DNA of 64,000 nt, taken from an uncultured Candidatus Saccharibacteria bacterium (GTDB lineage Bacteria > Patescibacteriota > SICC01). The DNA is taken from contig CAZGHP010000002.1 of the NCBI GenBank assembly GCA_964525455.1, forward strand, positions 1,362 to 65,361, written 5' to 3'. This document shows positions 18,962 to 28,989 of the stretch, piece by piece. The notes under the pieces are model-generated. The model had not been told where the DNA came from. It searched no databases and worked only from the letters and a program-made list of their open reading frames with translations. The position numbers and the translations under genes are program-made. Position 1 is the stretch's first letter, and every line of letters starts with the position of its first letter.

Positions 18962-19099
18962 CCTGCCTCCACTGCTCAGTATTCCACGAACGCCCTACCA
19001 TCGCTCGTTGCGATATCCAAAGGATATTTTAGAAGTTCGTACGAAGCATGATACTGAATCAGGCCTATCATGGAGTAAATAGATTAACGGAGGTACGCC

Positions 19100-19489
19100 A
19101 TGTTCAAAGACTCAAAGGCATTCAGCAGTTTCTCGGTCGACGATATATCCAAGGCCAAGGAATTCTATGGCCAGACGCTCGACCTGGAGGTGACCGAAGT
19201 CCCTGAGATGAACCTGCTCCAGCTGCAGCTCGCCGGTGGCGGCCGGGTGATGATCTACCCCAAGGATAACCACGAGCCGGCCACGTTCACGGTGCTTAAC
19301 TTTACCGTTCCGGACATCGACCAGGCAGTGGACGCGCTCGCCGGGAAAGGCGTGGAATTCGAGCGATACGACTCCGACATGATTAAGACGGACGAGAAGG
19401 GCATCGCGGGCGGCGGTGACAAAGGCCCCAAGATCGCCTGGTTCAAGGACCCGGCCGGGAATATCCTATCGGTGCTGACTGAAAGTTGA
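19100..19489 (+). CDS. VOC/glyoxalase-family protein
   Basis: [26 protein letters not shown]. Confidence 0.9.
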   Translation: MFKDSKAFSSFSVDDISKAKEFYGQTLDLEVTEVPEMNLLQLQLAGGGRVMIYPKDNHEPATFTVLNFTVPDIDQAVDALAGKGVEFERYDSDMIKTDEKGIAGGGDKGPKIAWFKDPAGNILSVLTES

Positions 19490-21298
19490 TTCCCTCAGGG
19501 CGTCTACGATAAGTTTTCGCGTCCTCGGCTTGGGGCAATACCGCTGAGCCCAATCCTCGATCAAGCCAGGAAACGTCTTGATTCTTTCCCAGTATTCGAC
19601 GGGTATGGCCGAAGATTCATCCGTCGAAACCACCAACAGTGAATGGCCCGACTCTTCCTTAAGGGATATTTCCAAGTGTCGAACGCCCGTATCGGGATCG
19701 GTGTGGATTTCCATGATCGTCCCCTCCGCGATATCGTAGCCATCTTCTGACTTCACGAAACACAGGACATCTTGCAGTTCACGAAACTCGGGAGGCTCCA
19801 GCTCACCGTAAACCAACTCCCGTGCAAGCTGGAGGGCTACCCCGAACCCTTTGTCGTGTTTTCTAGCCCTGGCTAGGTAGGCAATGTCGTTCCTTGCCTC
19901 CTTGGCGCTCTTGCCGGTGAGCTGCTGCAGGTTCACGCCTTCCAGATCCAACTCCGAAGCCAGCAATTCATGTTCGATCAGCCGGGTCCGGGATGCTACC
20001 TTCCCTTCATCAAGACAGCGGGCCGCATATCGGATTCTCTCGAAAAGATTAGAAATCACCAGCTCGCCCTCGAGGCCTTCCACGATCTGCCGGGTTTGCT
20101 TGGCCGCCCAATCATCAACTTCCATTCGGTCAGCGAGCTTCTTCGCAAACCGTGTCCGGTTGGCTGCGTGGCCCTGGGGAATCTTCTTTTCTATGTCGGT
20201 CCGGTCCATGCCCATACGGCTCAGCAAGTAGGAATAAGTTTGCATGGGCCGAGGCGTCTTAAGGCGCGGCACGATCGTCCAGCTTTCGAGCGGCAATCCG
20301 AAATACTCTTCGATAACCGCCTTGGCCTTTTCGGCAAGTGAATCGGGCGGTGATTCCCCCGAATCAAGCAGGTGCTCAAGTGCCTGCCGCTCCCGTTCGA
20401 AGGATTCCCCGTAAGACGGCACTCGGTCAAGACGCGCTATCACCCGGTGAATCGTCAGGGTTTCGAACGCTTCGGCAATCTCGACTTTGGAAAAACTTGT
20501 CCGGTTCTCAAGCAACACCATAGCCATCGCCTGGGCACGGGTTTCCAAAGCGCTCGGGTAAGACCCCTTTAAGGCGTCCGCAGAAAGGCCGTAGTAATTT
20601 TCCACCAGGTCGAGCACCGTAGCCGGATCCTCTGCCGCTTGCCGCTCCGGCCCCTCTTCATACGTCGCTTTGATATCATCCACCAACGTCCGTAGGTCGT
20701 GATCGGTTTCAATGGTGCTGGCGATCTCGGACGCACCGGCAAGGATGGAAGCGGGAAACTTATATCCCATACGACGCCCGGCGATTAGGGGTGGCAGTCC
20801 GGCGTCCTCAAGCAGGAGATACGACAGGATCTTCCTGCCGAACCGGCCCTTGGGACGAGTACTCGCGGGGTGCAGGTCTTCCTCTTGCACGCCGAGGTGA
20901 GCACATATGCTCAGCCGGTACCGCTCGACTTGGCTCTGCCCGGTACGTTCGTAGTCATCGACCAGGGCCAGTTCCTTACGCACCGCACCCTCTTCGCGAA
21001 GGTCATCCCTCATTCGCTTCATCATTCCCCAAAGATTGTCAGTGGTCCTGTCTGCAAAAACTTCCGCGATTTGCGACGGGGTGAGTTCGGTGCGCTCAAA
21101 GCTCAGATAAACAGCCTGGCGCCTCGCCCGGATGACTTCTTTTCGCGCGTTGCGGCCCAGGATCTCGGACGGAGATACCCCATGAACGGCCGCGACCGAT
21201 TCTACGATTTCGTGAAGCCGGTCTTTCTCTTCACCCTGTGGGCCGTCTGACGACTCTTTGGGGGCTTCGGACGCTCTGGCTGATTCCGATTCGGTCAT
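19466..21298 (-). CDS. Protein with about four tandem DnaA domain IV (HTH)-like repeats, no AAA+ domain
   Basis: e.g. [51 protein letters not shown], and three similar units. Confidence 0.7.
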   Translation of the reverse strand: MTESESARASEAPKESSDGPQGEEKDRLHEIVESVAAVHGVSPSEILGRNARKEVIRARRQAVYLSFERTELTPSQIAEVFADRTTDNLWGMMKRMRDDLREEGAVRKELALVDDYERTGQSQVERYRLSICAHLGVQEEDLHPASTRPKGRFGRKILSYLLLEDAGLPPLIAGRRMGYKFPASILAGASEIASTIETDHDLRTLVDDIKATYEEGPERQAAEDPATVLDLVENYYGLSADALKGSYPSALETRAQAMAMVLLENRTSFSKVEIAEAFETLTIHRVIARLDRVPSYGESFERERQALEHLLDSGESPPDSLAEKAKAVIEEYFGLPLESWTIVPRLKTPRPMQTYSYLLSRMGMDRTDIEKKIPQGHAANRTRFAKKLADRMEVDDWAAKQTRQIVEGLEGELVISNLFERIRYAARCLDEGKVASRTRLIEHELLASELDLEGVNLQQLTGKSAKEARNDIAYLARARKHDKGFGVALQLARELVYGELEPPEFRELQDVLCFVKSEDGYDIAEGTIMEIHTDPDTGVRHLEISLKEESGHSLLVVSTDESSAIPVEYWERIKTFPGLIEDWAQRYCPKPRTRKLIVDALRESTFSQHR

Positions 21299-21400
21299 AG
21301 GAGGATAAGGGTAACAGTAAAAGCTACCACAATAGTGGGGTCACTCCAGCATTCCCGCGGGCCACTCTGGTTCAAAATCCCAGTGGACTCCGCGAATCAC

Positions 21401-22135
21401 CTAGAGAAACAATATCTTTATGATGGACACTAGTATTACTACTGTGAATAAATTCTTTACCCAGATGTTCCCTTTTTCAATCGCGGTATTGGCGCCCACG
21501 AATCCGCCTACCAACATGCCCAAAAAGATTATGACCGCCGGCACCAATGCTACGAACCCGTAAAACGAATATATGACCGCCGGTACGAGAGCAGAGAATA
21601 ATTCAGCCGGAGTATTTGTCGCGTATCCTTGGATTATTTTATAACCAAAAAAGTACATCATCAGCAGGAGAATAACCGTTGCTCCTCCCGCCCCTACTAT
21701 CGCACCTTCGATTGCCAGCAGAGAGTACAGGACCAAACCGATACCTTTTTTAGCTTTCGACGGATTTGTTTGCTCCAGGCCGATGTTTTTACCAAGGAAG
21801 AAAAAGGGTAGAAATATCAGGATCATAATCCCTATGAATATTTCCAGGAAGTCAGTTTCCAGCCTGACCATTATCTGAGCCCCTACGGCACTGCTGAGAA
21901 TGGTAATGATAGCCAGAGGAATGGCCATTCTCCAGTCAATCCTTTTTGACCTCCCATATTGAGCGGTAGCAGAAATGAACGCGCCGATATCACCGACTTT
22001 ATTGATGGCTACGGCGGACTGGGGAGAGAATCCTAAAAGCAGAAGCGCCGGGACAGCGACCATGCCGCCGCCGCCGACCGTGGCACCCAAAAAGCCAGCC
22101 ACCAGCCCCACTGCAAAAATGCTTATTTCTTGCAT
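21401..22135 (-). CDS. TauE/SafE (TSUP) family permease
   Basis: GATVGGGGMVAVPALL; multiple TMs; AT-richer than flanks. Confidence 0.85.
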   Translation of the reverse strand: MQEISIFAVGLVAGFLGATVGGGGMVAVPALLLLGFSPQSAVAINKVGDIGAFISATAQYGRSKRIDWRMAIPLAIITILSSAVGAQIMVRLETDFLEIFIGIMILIFLPFFFLGKNIGLEQTNPSKAKKGIGLVLYSLLAIEGAIVGAGGATVILLLMMYFFGYKIIQGYATNTPAELFSALVPAVIYSFYGFVALVPAVIIFLGMLVGGFVGANTAIEKGNIWVKNLFTVVILVSIIKILFL

Positions 22136-22177
22136 AACTGACCCAAGTCTATCTTGGGTTCCTGAAAAATCCGATTT

Positions 22178-22222
22178 CTGCAGGGGTGGAAGGATTCGAA
22201 CCCCCGACACCGGGTTTTGGAG
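22178..22222 (-). repeat. Duplicated 3' half of tRNA-Trp (att-like)
   Basis: 45 bp matching 22778-22822 with one mismatch. Confidence 0.9.
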
Positions 22223-22240
22223 CCTCTGGTTGTTAAGCCG

Positions 22241-22759
22241 CTACCTGACTACGGCAAATGCTCTAACCGGACTACCATCACCATCAGTAATTTTCAGAGG
22301 CACGCCAAAGAACTCAAATCTTTCTGGAAGCTCTTCGGTGTTAGAGAGTCTCTCAAAGAGTACAGCGTCGTGCTTAAGGAGGAATTTCTCGACCGATTCA
22401 TCCGCCTCTTTACTCAATCCAACAAACTTAGGACTCAAGGGTAAAATTTGCTTTGCGATTTCCATGGTTAATGCTTCTCGAAATACTACGCCGGTTTCAG
22501 GGCCGACAGCGACACCTGGCTTGTAGATTACGGCGTTTCCGCAAAATTCGGCAAGATCGTAATCATCAAGCGATCTCCCATTTTCTACGCAGTGGACTTG
22601 GGCGTTCACATGCGTCCCATCGTGGGCATTGAGGTGAAGCCGCTTCATGTTCCATTCATCCTCAGCAATCGTATGAAGTTGCTCGATGTCTACCTCCGGA
22701 TCTCCGGGATACACGAACATCCCCTTCTGAATTGAAACTGAGAGGTCGATGATCTTCAT
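22241..22759 (-). CDS. Cyclase/kynurenine formamidase-family protein (short)
   Basis: IIDLS, YPGDP, HDGTHVNA, DGDGSPVRA. Confidence 0.85.
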   Translation of the reverse strand: MKIIDLSVSIQKGMFVYPGDPEVDIEQLHTIAEDEWNMKRLHLNAHDGTHVNAQVHCVENGRSLDDYDLAEFCGNAVIYKPGVAVGPETGVVFREALTMEIAKQILPLSPKFVGLSKEADESVEKFLLKHDAVLFERLSNTEELPERFEFFGVPLKITDGDGSPVRAFAVVR

Positions 22760-22780
22760 AGCTTAAGCATTGAGATACTG

Positions 22781-22855
22781 CAGGGGTGGAGGGATTCGAA
22801 CCCCCGACACCGGGTTTTGGAGACCCGTGCTCTGACCAGGCTGAGCTACACCCCT
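22781..22855 (-). tRNA. tRNA-Trp(CCA)
   Basis: CGGGT-CTCCAAA-ACCCG anticodon arm, GGTTCGAATCC. Confidence 0.95.
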
Positions 22856-22938
22856 AAATCGCGTAGCGTAATACCATTATGGCACCGCGCGCCGATTGAT
22901 TGCACTACGAAGAGCACCCGCCCGGATGGCGAGCCGGA

Positions 22939-23100
22939 CTACTTCGTTTCCTTGTGCAGCTGCTGCTTCCTGCAGCGCGAGCAGAACTTCTTCAGCTCCA
23001 GCCGCTCCTGTTGGGTGCGGCGGTTCTTGGTCGTGTGATAGTTGTGCTCCTTGCACACCGTACACTCGAGCGTGATCACTGGTCGGACGTCCTTGGCCAT
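22939..23100 (-). CDS. rpmG: 50S ribosomal protein L33 (zinc-binding form); not in ORF track
   Basis: [26 protein letters not shown]...[20 protein letters not shown]. Confidence 0.95.
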   Translation of the reverse strand: MAKDVRPVITLECTVCKEHNYHTTKNRRTQQERLELKKFCSRCRKQQLHKETK

Positions 23101-23126
23101 ACCAGATTACGATACCATGGAACCGC

Positions 23127-23200
23127 GCCGCCTTAGCTCAGTTGGCCAGAGCAACTGTTTTGTAAACAGTAGGTCCTCGGTTCGAATCCGAGAGGCGGCT
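23127..23200 (+). tRNA. tRNA-Thr(TGT)
   Basis: ACTGT-TTTGTAA-ACAGT anticodon arm. Confidence 0.95.
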
Positions 23201-23217
23201 CAGGGATTCCGGGAGAT

Positions 23218-23946
23218 TCAATCCTTGCCTTCCGGCACTGGAAGCTGGAGTAGCAAGTCGAGCATTTCCTCGCAGTCCTCTTCGCGGAGGAGAGGCGTTT
23301 CCTTGACCAGAGCGGCCACCTCGTCCGCCCCTATCGCGATTTCCAAACGTTTCTGGTCACCTGGATACGTTACCGGGAACAGCGCGTCAGGAACTTGGAT
23401 CGGCTCGTCCAGGGCTCCTTCAAGGGGAGACTTCCTGGCAAATCCTCCTCTTCCTGGTGCAGCCGTGGTCAGCGGGCCGTCTTCGACCTTGTGCTTGGCG
23501 TGGCTCAAAAGACCATCATTGTCCCGGACGACGTGCGAATCGGTTGGGAAACTCCACCCGCCATGTTCTTCGAGGTTGAGTTCGGGAGCATTAAGGACAC
23601 CCATGCTGATACGCTCCACCACATACGAATCCTGCCAGCCCTGACCGAACACGTGGCGCTGGTATTCAGTGCCCCGGGACACGACCAGTACCGGCTCGCC
23701 GACATGGGCTGCCACGCGCTCCTCAAGGGAGCGGAACAACTCCACCGCATCAGGATGGTGACCATGATTACGCCTGACCACATGGTCGATCAAACGGTCA
23801 CCCGTACTCTGACCCGCCATGACTTGCTCATAGAGTCGCGCATTGAGTTCACTGACTTTCTCCCGGCTAGCCTCCTGCTCGGATCGTATGGCTCCGTCTT
23901 CGGCCCGAGCCGCTTCGATATCACTCAGTTCAACAGGGTCGCTCAT
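23218..23946 (-). CDS. Orphan hypothetical protein between tRNAs
   Basis: Open frame with SD-like GAGG; no recognisable motif. Confidence 0.65.
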   Translation of the reverse strand: MSDPVELSDIEAARAEDGAIRSEQEASREKVSELNARLYEQVMAGQSTGDRLIDHVVRRNHGHHPDAVELFRSLEERVAAHVGEPVLVVSRGTEYQRHVFGQGWQDSYVVERISMGVLNAPELNLEEHGGWSFPTDSHVVRDNDGLLSHAKHKVEDGPLTTAAPGRGGFARKSPLEGALDEPIQVPDALFPVTYPGDQKRLEIAIGADEVAALVKETPLLREEDCEEMLDLLLQLPVPEGKD

Positions 23947-24010
23947 AATCATCCTCGCCTCTTACTAACAAGCCAACATAACAAGAAAGACACGGCTCCA
24001 CAATCAGCTG

Positions 24011-24094
24011 TGCTGGGAGAGGGATTCGAACCCCCGAAGGCATAAAGCCAGCAGATTTACAGTCTGCCCCGTTTGGCCGCTTCGGTATCCCAGC
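24011..24094 (-). tRNA. tRNA-Tyr(GTA)
   Basis: GCAGA-CTGTAAA-TCTGC, long variable arm. Confidence 0.95.
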
Positions 24095-24126
24095 GTGAAT
24101 TGTTCCGGTTGTTAACGATTGCTCGG

Positions 24127-24199
24127 AGCCGAGACCGGGATTCGAACCCGGGACCTCATCCTTACCATGGATGCGCTCTACCGACTGAGCTATCTCGGC
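24127..24199 (-). tRNA. tRNA-Thr(GGT)
   Basis: CATCC-ATGGTAA-GGATG. Confidence 0.95.
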
Positions 24200-24269
24200 G
24201 CGTAATCCCATAGTAATCGAAACTGACCGCCTCGGTCAGTAACCGCGGACGGCTGGCGGAACGGCCGCA

Positions 24270-25073
24270 CTACTTCTTCAGGACTTTGTTGAACTGGGTC
24301 CGGCCCTTCTTGTCGGTGAGCATCCGCTCCACCTCGGCCAGCCGGTTGAGGACGAAGAAATTCCGCGGATCCAGTTTCTTGGCCGCTTCGAAGGCCTCCT
24401 TGGCGTCGTCGAGCTGGCCGAGCTGCTGGTACACCTGCCCGATCCGCGTCATGTACTTGATGTTCTTCGGCTGCTGCACCAGGACCTTCAAGCACGCTTC
24501 CTCGCAACGCTCGTATTCACGATCCCGCCAAGCCTGATCGGCCTCGGCGGACAATTGCTCGAAGTTATCCGGCGCGTTCCGGGTACCGTCATGGTACGCC
24601 GGCTGCGACGGCCGGGCCGGCACGCTGGTCACCCGCTCGCCCGGTGCCTGGGTAGCCGCCCTCACACGGGGCGCTTCCCGTACCGGAGCGGGCTCCGGAT
24701 CCGGCTGGGCCGCCGCCGGTTCTTCCGGCGCGTCAGGTTCCGTCACCGCCGCCGGCTCCGGGGTGGGATCCGGCTTCGAGGCCGCCTTCTCGGATACCTC
24801 CGGTTCGGTGGTAATCGGCTTCCTCTTGAGCAGTCCGCCGGCGATCTCCGTGACCTTCTGGACCGTCCGGTCCGCCACGTGACCCGCCTGCTTGGCGTGT
24901 TCCCGCACCGCTTCGGTGGTGCGTTCGACCGGATTCGGCTCGGGCTCCGCCGTCGCCGCTTGCGGGACGTCCACCTTGTCCACGCCGAACACCCGCGCTT
25001 CCACGTCCGGCCAGCGCCGTGAGGCGTAGACGATGCCGCCGAGAAGTGCGATGAGAACGAGTGCGGTTAGCAT
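24270..25073 (-). CDS. Membrane-anchored TPR protein
   Basis: N-terminal TM (MLTALVLIALL), Pro-rich linker, C-terminal TPR (AFEAAKKLDPRN). Confidence 0.8.
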   Translation of the reverse strand: MLTALVLIALLGGIVYASRRWPDVEARVFGVDKVDVPQAATAEPEPNPVERTTEAVREHAKQAGHVADRTVQKVTEIAGGLLKRKPITTEPEVSEKAASKPDPTPEPAAVTEPDAPEEPAAAQPDPEPAPVREAPRVRAATQAPGERVTSVPARPSQPAYHDGTRNAPDNFEQLSAEADQAWRDREYERCEEACLKVLVQQPKNIKYMTRIGQVYQQLGQLDDAKEAFEAAKKLDPRNFFVLNRLAEVERMLTDKKGRTQFNKVLKK

Positions 25074-26035
25074 TTGGTGCCTAGGTTGAGCAGTAAATGC
25101 TCGGTTACAAGCTGAGTGTTGGGATTGTAACGGAGATTCCGCCGGGCGGCAAATAGCCGGACCAGTCCGGCCTGGCGTTCCGGCAGCGGCAACGTCTCCG
25201 CAAGGGTACGCGCCGCGCCGGCGGGATGCTCGCGCAGCGCGGCGCGGAAGACCGCGATCCAGGCGTCCAGCGTCTCCCGCAGGACGTCCCGGTCTTCGGC
25301 CAACGCCTTGGCGGTAGCCAACCGTCCGGGAATGGACGCGGTGAGTACGGCGAGCAACGCCGCTTCGTGTTCCACCACCGCTTCGGCGACGGCCGGGTCT
25401 TCCGCGAGGCGGATCGCCCGCCCGGGGCGGTGTTCCGCACGCGCCGCGACGAGCTCCGTGTCGGAAGCACCCCGCTCCGCCAGTCCGGCCGCGAGCTCGC
25501 CGGCGTCCACCGGACCGAGCGGGATCCGCTGGCACCGCGAGACGGTGGTCGGGAGCAGGCTCGCCGGTGATGATGCGGTGAGCACCAGCACGGCCCGGGC
25601 GGGCGGTTCCTCAAGCAGTTTCAGCAGCGCGTTCTGCGCCGGGATCCCCAGCCGTTCGGCGTCGGGAATCAGGCCGACTTGGTGCCGTCCGGTATGCGGC
25701 CGGAGTTCGAGGGTATGGATCAGCTCACGGATGCGCTCGATCCCGACCGGCTCTTCCCGCCGCAGCACATGGAAGTCGGGGTGATTACCGGCCGCGGACA
25801 ACCGGCACGAAGGGCACTGTCCGCAGGGCGCCAAGCCGGAGATGCCATCGCCGTCCGTAAGCTCACCCGTGCACAGCAGCATGGTGGCGAACCGCTCCGC
25901 CAGGGTCCGTTTGCCGACACCGGCCGGACCGGTGAGCACGTACGCGTGGACGCCGGTACCGCCGGCGGCGGCACGATCCCGCAACCGCTTCACGGCGGCC
26001 GCATTCCCGATAAACTGCCGGTCGACGGTTTCCAT
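25067..26035 (-). CDS. holB: DNA polymerase III delta' subunit
   Basis: HAYVLTGPAGVGK, CGQCPSC, NALLKLLEEP, TVSRC. Confidence 0.9.
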   Translation of the reverse strand: METVDRQFIGNAAAVKRLRDRAAAGGTGVHAYVLTGPAGVGKRTLAERFATMLLCTGELTDGDGISGLAPCGQCPSCRLSAAGNHPDFHVLRREEPVGIERIRELIHTLELRPHTGRHQVGLIPDAERLGIPAQNALLKLLEEPPARAVLVLTASSPASLLPTTVSRCQRIPLGPVDAGELAAGLAERGASDTELVAARAEHRPGRAIRLAEDPAVAEAVVEHEAALLAVLTASIPGRLATAKALAEDRDVLRETLDAWIAVFRAALREHPAGAARTLAETLPLPERQAGLVRLFAARRNLRYNPNTQLVTEHLLLNLGTKC

Positions 26036-26123
26036 CAGCCCCATTGTACCGCAGCATTTTTTACCTTAACCAAGCTTTTTATTCCTTGATTTATCCAATG
26101 GATGATGGTAGCATGGGTCTCCG

Positions 26124-26426
26124 ATGATCGAAGTCCGTGACCACCAGATCGAGTGCACCAAGTGCGGGAAGACGTTCACCTTCTCCGCGGGAGAAGCGCG
26201 GGCGTTCAACGACAAGGGCCTTACGAACGTCCCGAAGAAATGCCCGGACTGCCGCGCCAAGGAACGTGCCAAGCAGGAACAGAAGGTCCGCGCCACCGTG
26301 CAGTGCACCGAGTGCGGCACCAGCTTCGAGGTCCCGTTCGAGCCGACTCGCGACGCCGCCGGCAAGCCCGTACGGCCGCTTTACTGCATCGAGCATTTCG
26401 AGCAGCGGTCCGGCAGCCCGGCCTAA
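26124..26426 (+). CDS. Zinc-ribbon protein (CxxC-x17-CxxC type)
   Basis: CTKC..F.FSAGE..PKKCPDCR; CTECG..VPFEP..RPLYC. Confidence 0.85.
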   Translation: MIEVRDHQIECTKCGKTFTFSAGEARAFNDKGLTNVPKKCPDCRAKERAKQEQKVRATVQCTECGTSFEVPFEPTRDAAGKPVRPLYCIEHFEQRSGSPA

Positions 26427-27019
26427 CCGCGCGCGTGACCGCCAGCCGCGATAGCCGCCTCGACGATACCGGTCAGCTCGTCGATCGCTTCATCCAGGTC
26501 GTCATTCACGATCTCCACATCGAACTCATGCCGGGCGGCGAGCTCTATCTTCGCGGTAGCCAGCCGTTTCGTGACCTGTTCCGCCGAATCCGTCCCCCGG
26601 CCGCGAAGCCGGTCCGCCAGCGCCGCTTCGCTCGGCGGGGCGATGAAGATCAGGGCCGCCTCCGGAATCGCCCGGCGGACCTGACGGGCGCCCTGCACTT
26701 CCAACTCCAGCGCGACGGAATCGCCGTGCCGCAGGTGTCGCTCGACTTCGGAACGCAGCGTTCCGTACTGATAGTCGGCGTACCGCGCGTGCTCGACGAA
26801 CTCCCCCGCCGCTATCCGCCGGTCGAATTCCGCCGGCGACAAGAAGTAGTAGTCCGCGCCGTCACGCTCACCGTTCCGCTTGGGCCGGGTGGTCGCTGAC
26901 ACGGAGTATGCGAAGCGCGGTACACGTTTGCGAACCGCCCGGATCAACGTACCCTTGCCGACCCCCGACGGACCGGTGACGACGACCAGTATTCCCTGTC
27001 CGGCCGGCGGCACGCTCAT
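26423..27019 (-). CDS. gmk: Guanylate kinase
   Basis: GPSGVGKGT, SVSATTR, YGT, IAPPS. Confidence 0.95.
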   Translation of the reverse strand: MSVPPAGQGILVVVTGPSGVGKGTLIRAVRKRVPRFAYSVSATTRPKRNGERDGADYYFLSPAEFDRRIAAGEFVEHARYADYQYGTLRSEVERHLRHGDSVALELEVQGARQVRRAIPEAALIFIAPPSEAALADRLRGRGTDSAEQVTKRLATAKIELAARHEFDVEIVNDDLDEAIDELTGIVEAAIAAGGHARG

Positions 27020-27681
27020 CGCGCACCCTTCCTTCGGAACGCCGTGAGCTCTTCCGGCAACGGGTCTTCGACCTCGACCGCCTTCCCCGTCCGCGGATGC
27101 GTGAACCGGAGCCGGCTGGCGTGCAGGAAGTGGCGGTCAAGGCCGGCTGCCGAGGTACCGTAGGTCCGGTCACCGACGACCGGGTGGCCGAGCGCCGCCA
27201 GGTGCACGCGAATCTGGTGGGTACGGCCGGTACGCGGTTCCACCTCGAGCAGGGCACGGCCGTCCGCGGTTTCTTGTACCCGGTACACGGTGACTGCCGC
27301 GCGGCCGTCGGGACGTACGGCGAAGCGCTTGCGATCGGCATGGTGCCGCGCGATCGGCGCGTCGATCTCGGCGGTCCGTTGCTTCGGGGTCCCTTCCACC
27401 AGCGCAAGATAGCGTTTTCCGACCCGGCGGTCCTTGAACTGGGCAGCCAGGTGCCGGGCCGCCGCGTCAGTCTTGGCGATGATCAACAACCCCGAGGTGT
27501 CGCGGTCCAACCGGTGCACCAGTCCGTGCCGGTCGAGCCGTTGCGTCGCCGGGAGACGGTCGGCCAGCCAGTCGAGCAAGGTGCCGGACGGTCGGCCGGC
27601 GCCCGGATGGACGGTCAGTCCCGCCGGCTTGCTGATCACCGCCAGGTCGTCGTCTTCGTAACGGACCACCGGTTCACGCAC
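27016..27681 (-). CDS. RluA/RluD-family pseudouridine synthase
   Basis: HRLDRDTSG, TGRTHQIRVH. Confidence 0.92.
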   Translation of the reverse strand: MREPVVRYEDDDLAVISKPAGLTVHPGAGRPSGTLLDWLADRLPATQRLDRHGLVHRLDRDTSGLLIIAKTDAAARHLAAQFKDRRVGKRYLALVEGTPKQRTAEIDAPIARHHADRKRFAVRPDGRAAVTVYRVQETADGRALLEVEPRTGRTHQIRVHLAALGHPVVGDRTYGTSAAGLDRHFLHASRLRFTHPRTGKAVEVEDPLPEELTAFRRKGAR

Positions 27682-28123
27682 CGGCGTCCTTCCGCCATAA
27701 ACCGAACAGCAGCGCGCCGCCACCCAGCAGGATCCAGATATCGGCCAAGTTGAAGTGCGACGACGGCCCGATCGCGATGATGTCCAGCGCACCGCCGGAG
27801 GTCACGCGGTCGATCGTGTTGCCGAGCGCTCCGGCCAACAGCAGCCACAGCCCGACCTGGAGCATGGGGCGGGCGGTGCGCCTCAGCAGCCAGATGATAC
27901 CCGCTGCGATCAGCACGCCGGCAACCAGCAGGATATCGTTGGCGACCGGTAAGCCCAAGACCCCGGACCGGTTCACGAGCGGGGCGATTGTCACCGGACC
28001 GAGTTCCATCACTTGCCCGGCCTGCGACACCAGTAGTTTGGTGAGCTGGTCCGCCACCAGCAGGGCCGCGGCGACGGCTCCCGCTCCGGCCGCTTCCGGG
28101 CGCAACCGAGTACCCCCGTTCAC
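27674..28123 (-). CDS. lspA: Lipoprotein signal peptidase
   Basis: DQLTK, GALGNTIDR, FNLAD. Confidence 0.88.
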   Translation of the reverse strand: MNGGTRLRPEAAGAGAVAAALLVADQLTKLLVSQAGQVMELGPVTIAPLVNRSGVLGLPVANDILLVAGVLIAAGIIWLLRRTARPMLQVGLWLLLAGALGNTIDRVTSGGALDIIAIGPSSHFNLADIWILLGGGALLFGLWRKDAGA

Positions 28124-28893
28124 GGCCGCTGCCGTTCGCGATAGCGGGTCACCAGGACCCAAAGACTGACGGCACACAGGACGAGGGACACCGGCACGAC
28201 GGCCCGCAGGCCGCCCGTCAGGTACAGCGTATCGGCCGGATGATGCCAGGGTTCCAGGATCAGCTGCGAGGCCGCCACTAACAACATGCCGGTCCAGAAC
28301 ACCATGCCGGCCGGCGCCGGCCGCGGGCGGAGCCGCCAGAGCCGGTAGGCGTAGAGCGCTATCGCGGCGTAGATGACGGCCGCGTAGATCGCCAGTGGAT
28401 GAAGCCGCTCGCCGATCGTGGCCAACGCCGGACGCTCGTCATAGGCCAGGCCCCACGGCAATCCGGTAGCGGTACCGAGGTAGTCGCCGTTCAAGTAGCT
28501 GCCGAGTTTTCCGATCGCGAGACCGGCTACTGCCCCGACCGTGATCACGTCCAGCCAGCGCCAGACCGGCTCGCGGTGACGATGCAGCAGCAGCACGAGG
28601 ACCACCGAGCCGAGCAGCAGTCCGCCCGGCAGCGCCAATCGGCCGCCGCCGATCGCGAACCAGCTGGCGAATCCGCCGATCTCATCGGGACGTAGCGCGA
28701 GATACCACACCCGCGCGCCGACGAGCGCCGCCAGCGTCCCGTAGAGCGCGTAATCGGCCAGCCGGGCCGCCGGCAGCCCCGCCCGATTGGCCAACAGCAG
28801 CGTGACCGCCACTGCCACGACACAAGCGAGCACCACGAACAGACCGTAACTGTAGACGGTCAACGGGCCGAGTTCGAACAATACGGGATGCAT
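28120..28893 (-). CDS. lgt: Prolipoprotein diacylglyceryl transferase (divergent)
   Basis: HPVLFELG..YSYG, GARVWY, GKLGSYLNGDYLG, LPWG, HP. Confidence 0.8.
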   Translation of the reverse strand: MHPVLFELGPLTVYSYGLFVVLACVVAVAVTLLLANRAGLPAARLADYALYGTLAALVGARVWYLALRPDEIGGFASWFAIGGGRLALPGGLLLGSVVLVLLLHRHREPVWRWLDVITVGAVAGLAIGKLGSYLNGDYLGTATGLPWGLAYDERPALATIGERLHPLAIYAAVIYAAIALYAYRLWRLRPRPAPAGMVFWTGMLLVAASQLILEPWHHPADTLYLTGGLRAVVPVSLVLCAVSLWVLVTRYRERQRP

Positions 28894-28989
28894 GTCTTCC
28901 ATTGTCCGCAGAGAACGCCCTGGCGGCAATCTCGCCGCCAAATGAAAAAGGCGCCAAGCTAAGGCCACCCCTTATAAACATTAATTGGT

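Noticed and set aside
22178-22222. Second tRNA-Trp gene
   Set aside because: Only the 3' half is present; it is an att-like duplicate
1622-24199. tRNA genes without encoded CCA
   Set aside because: Common in bacteria that have a CCA-adding enzyme
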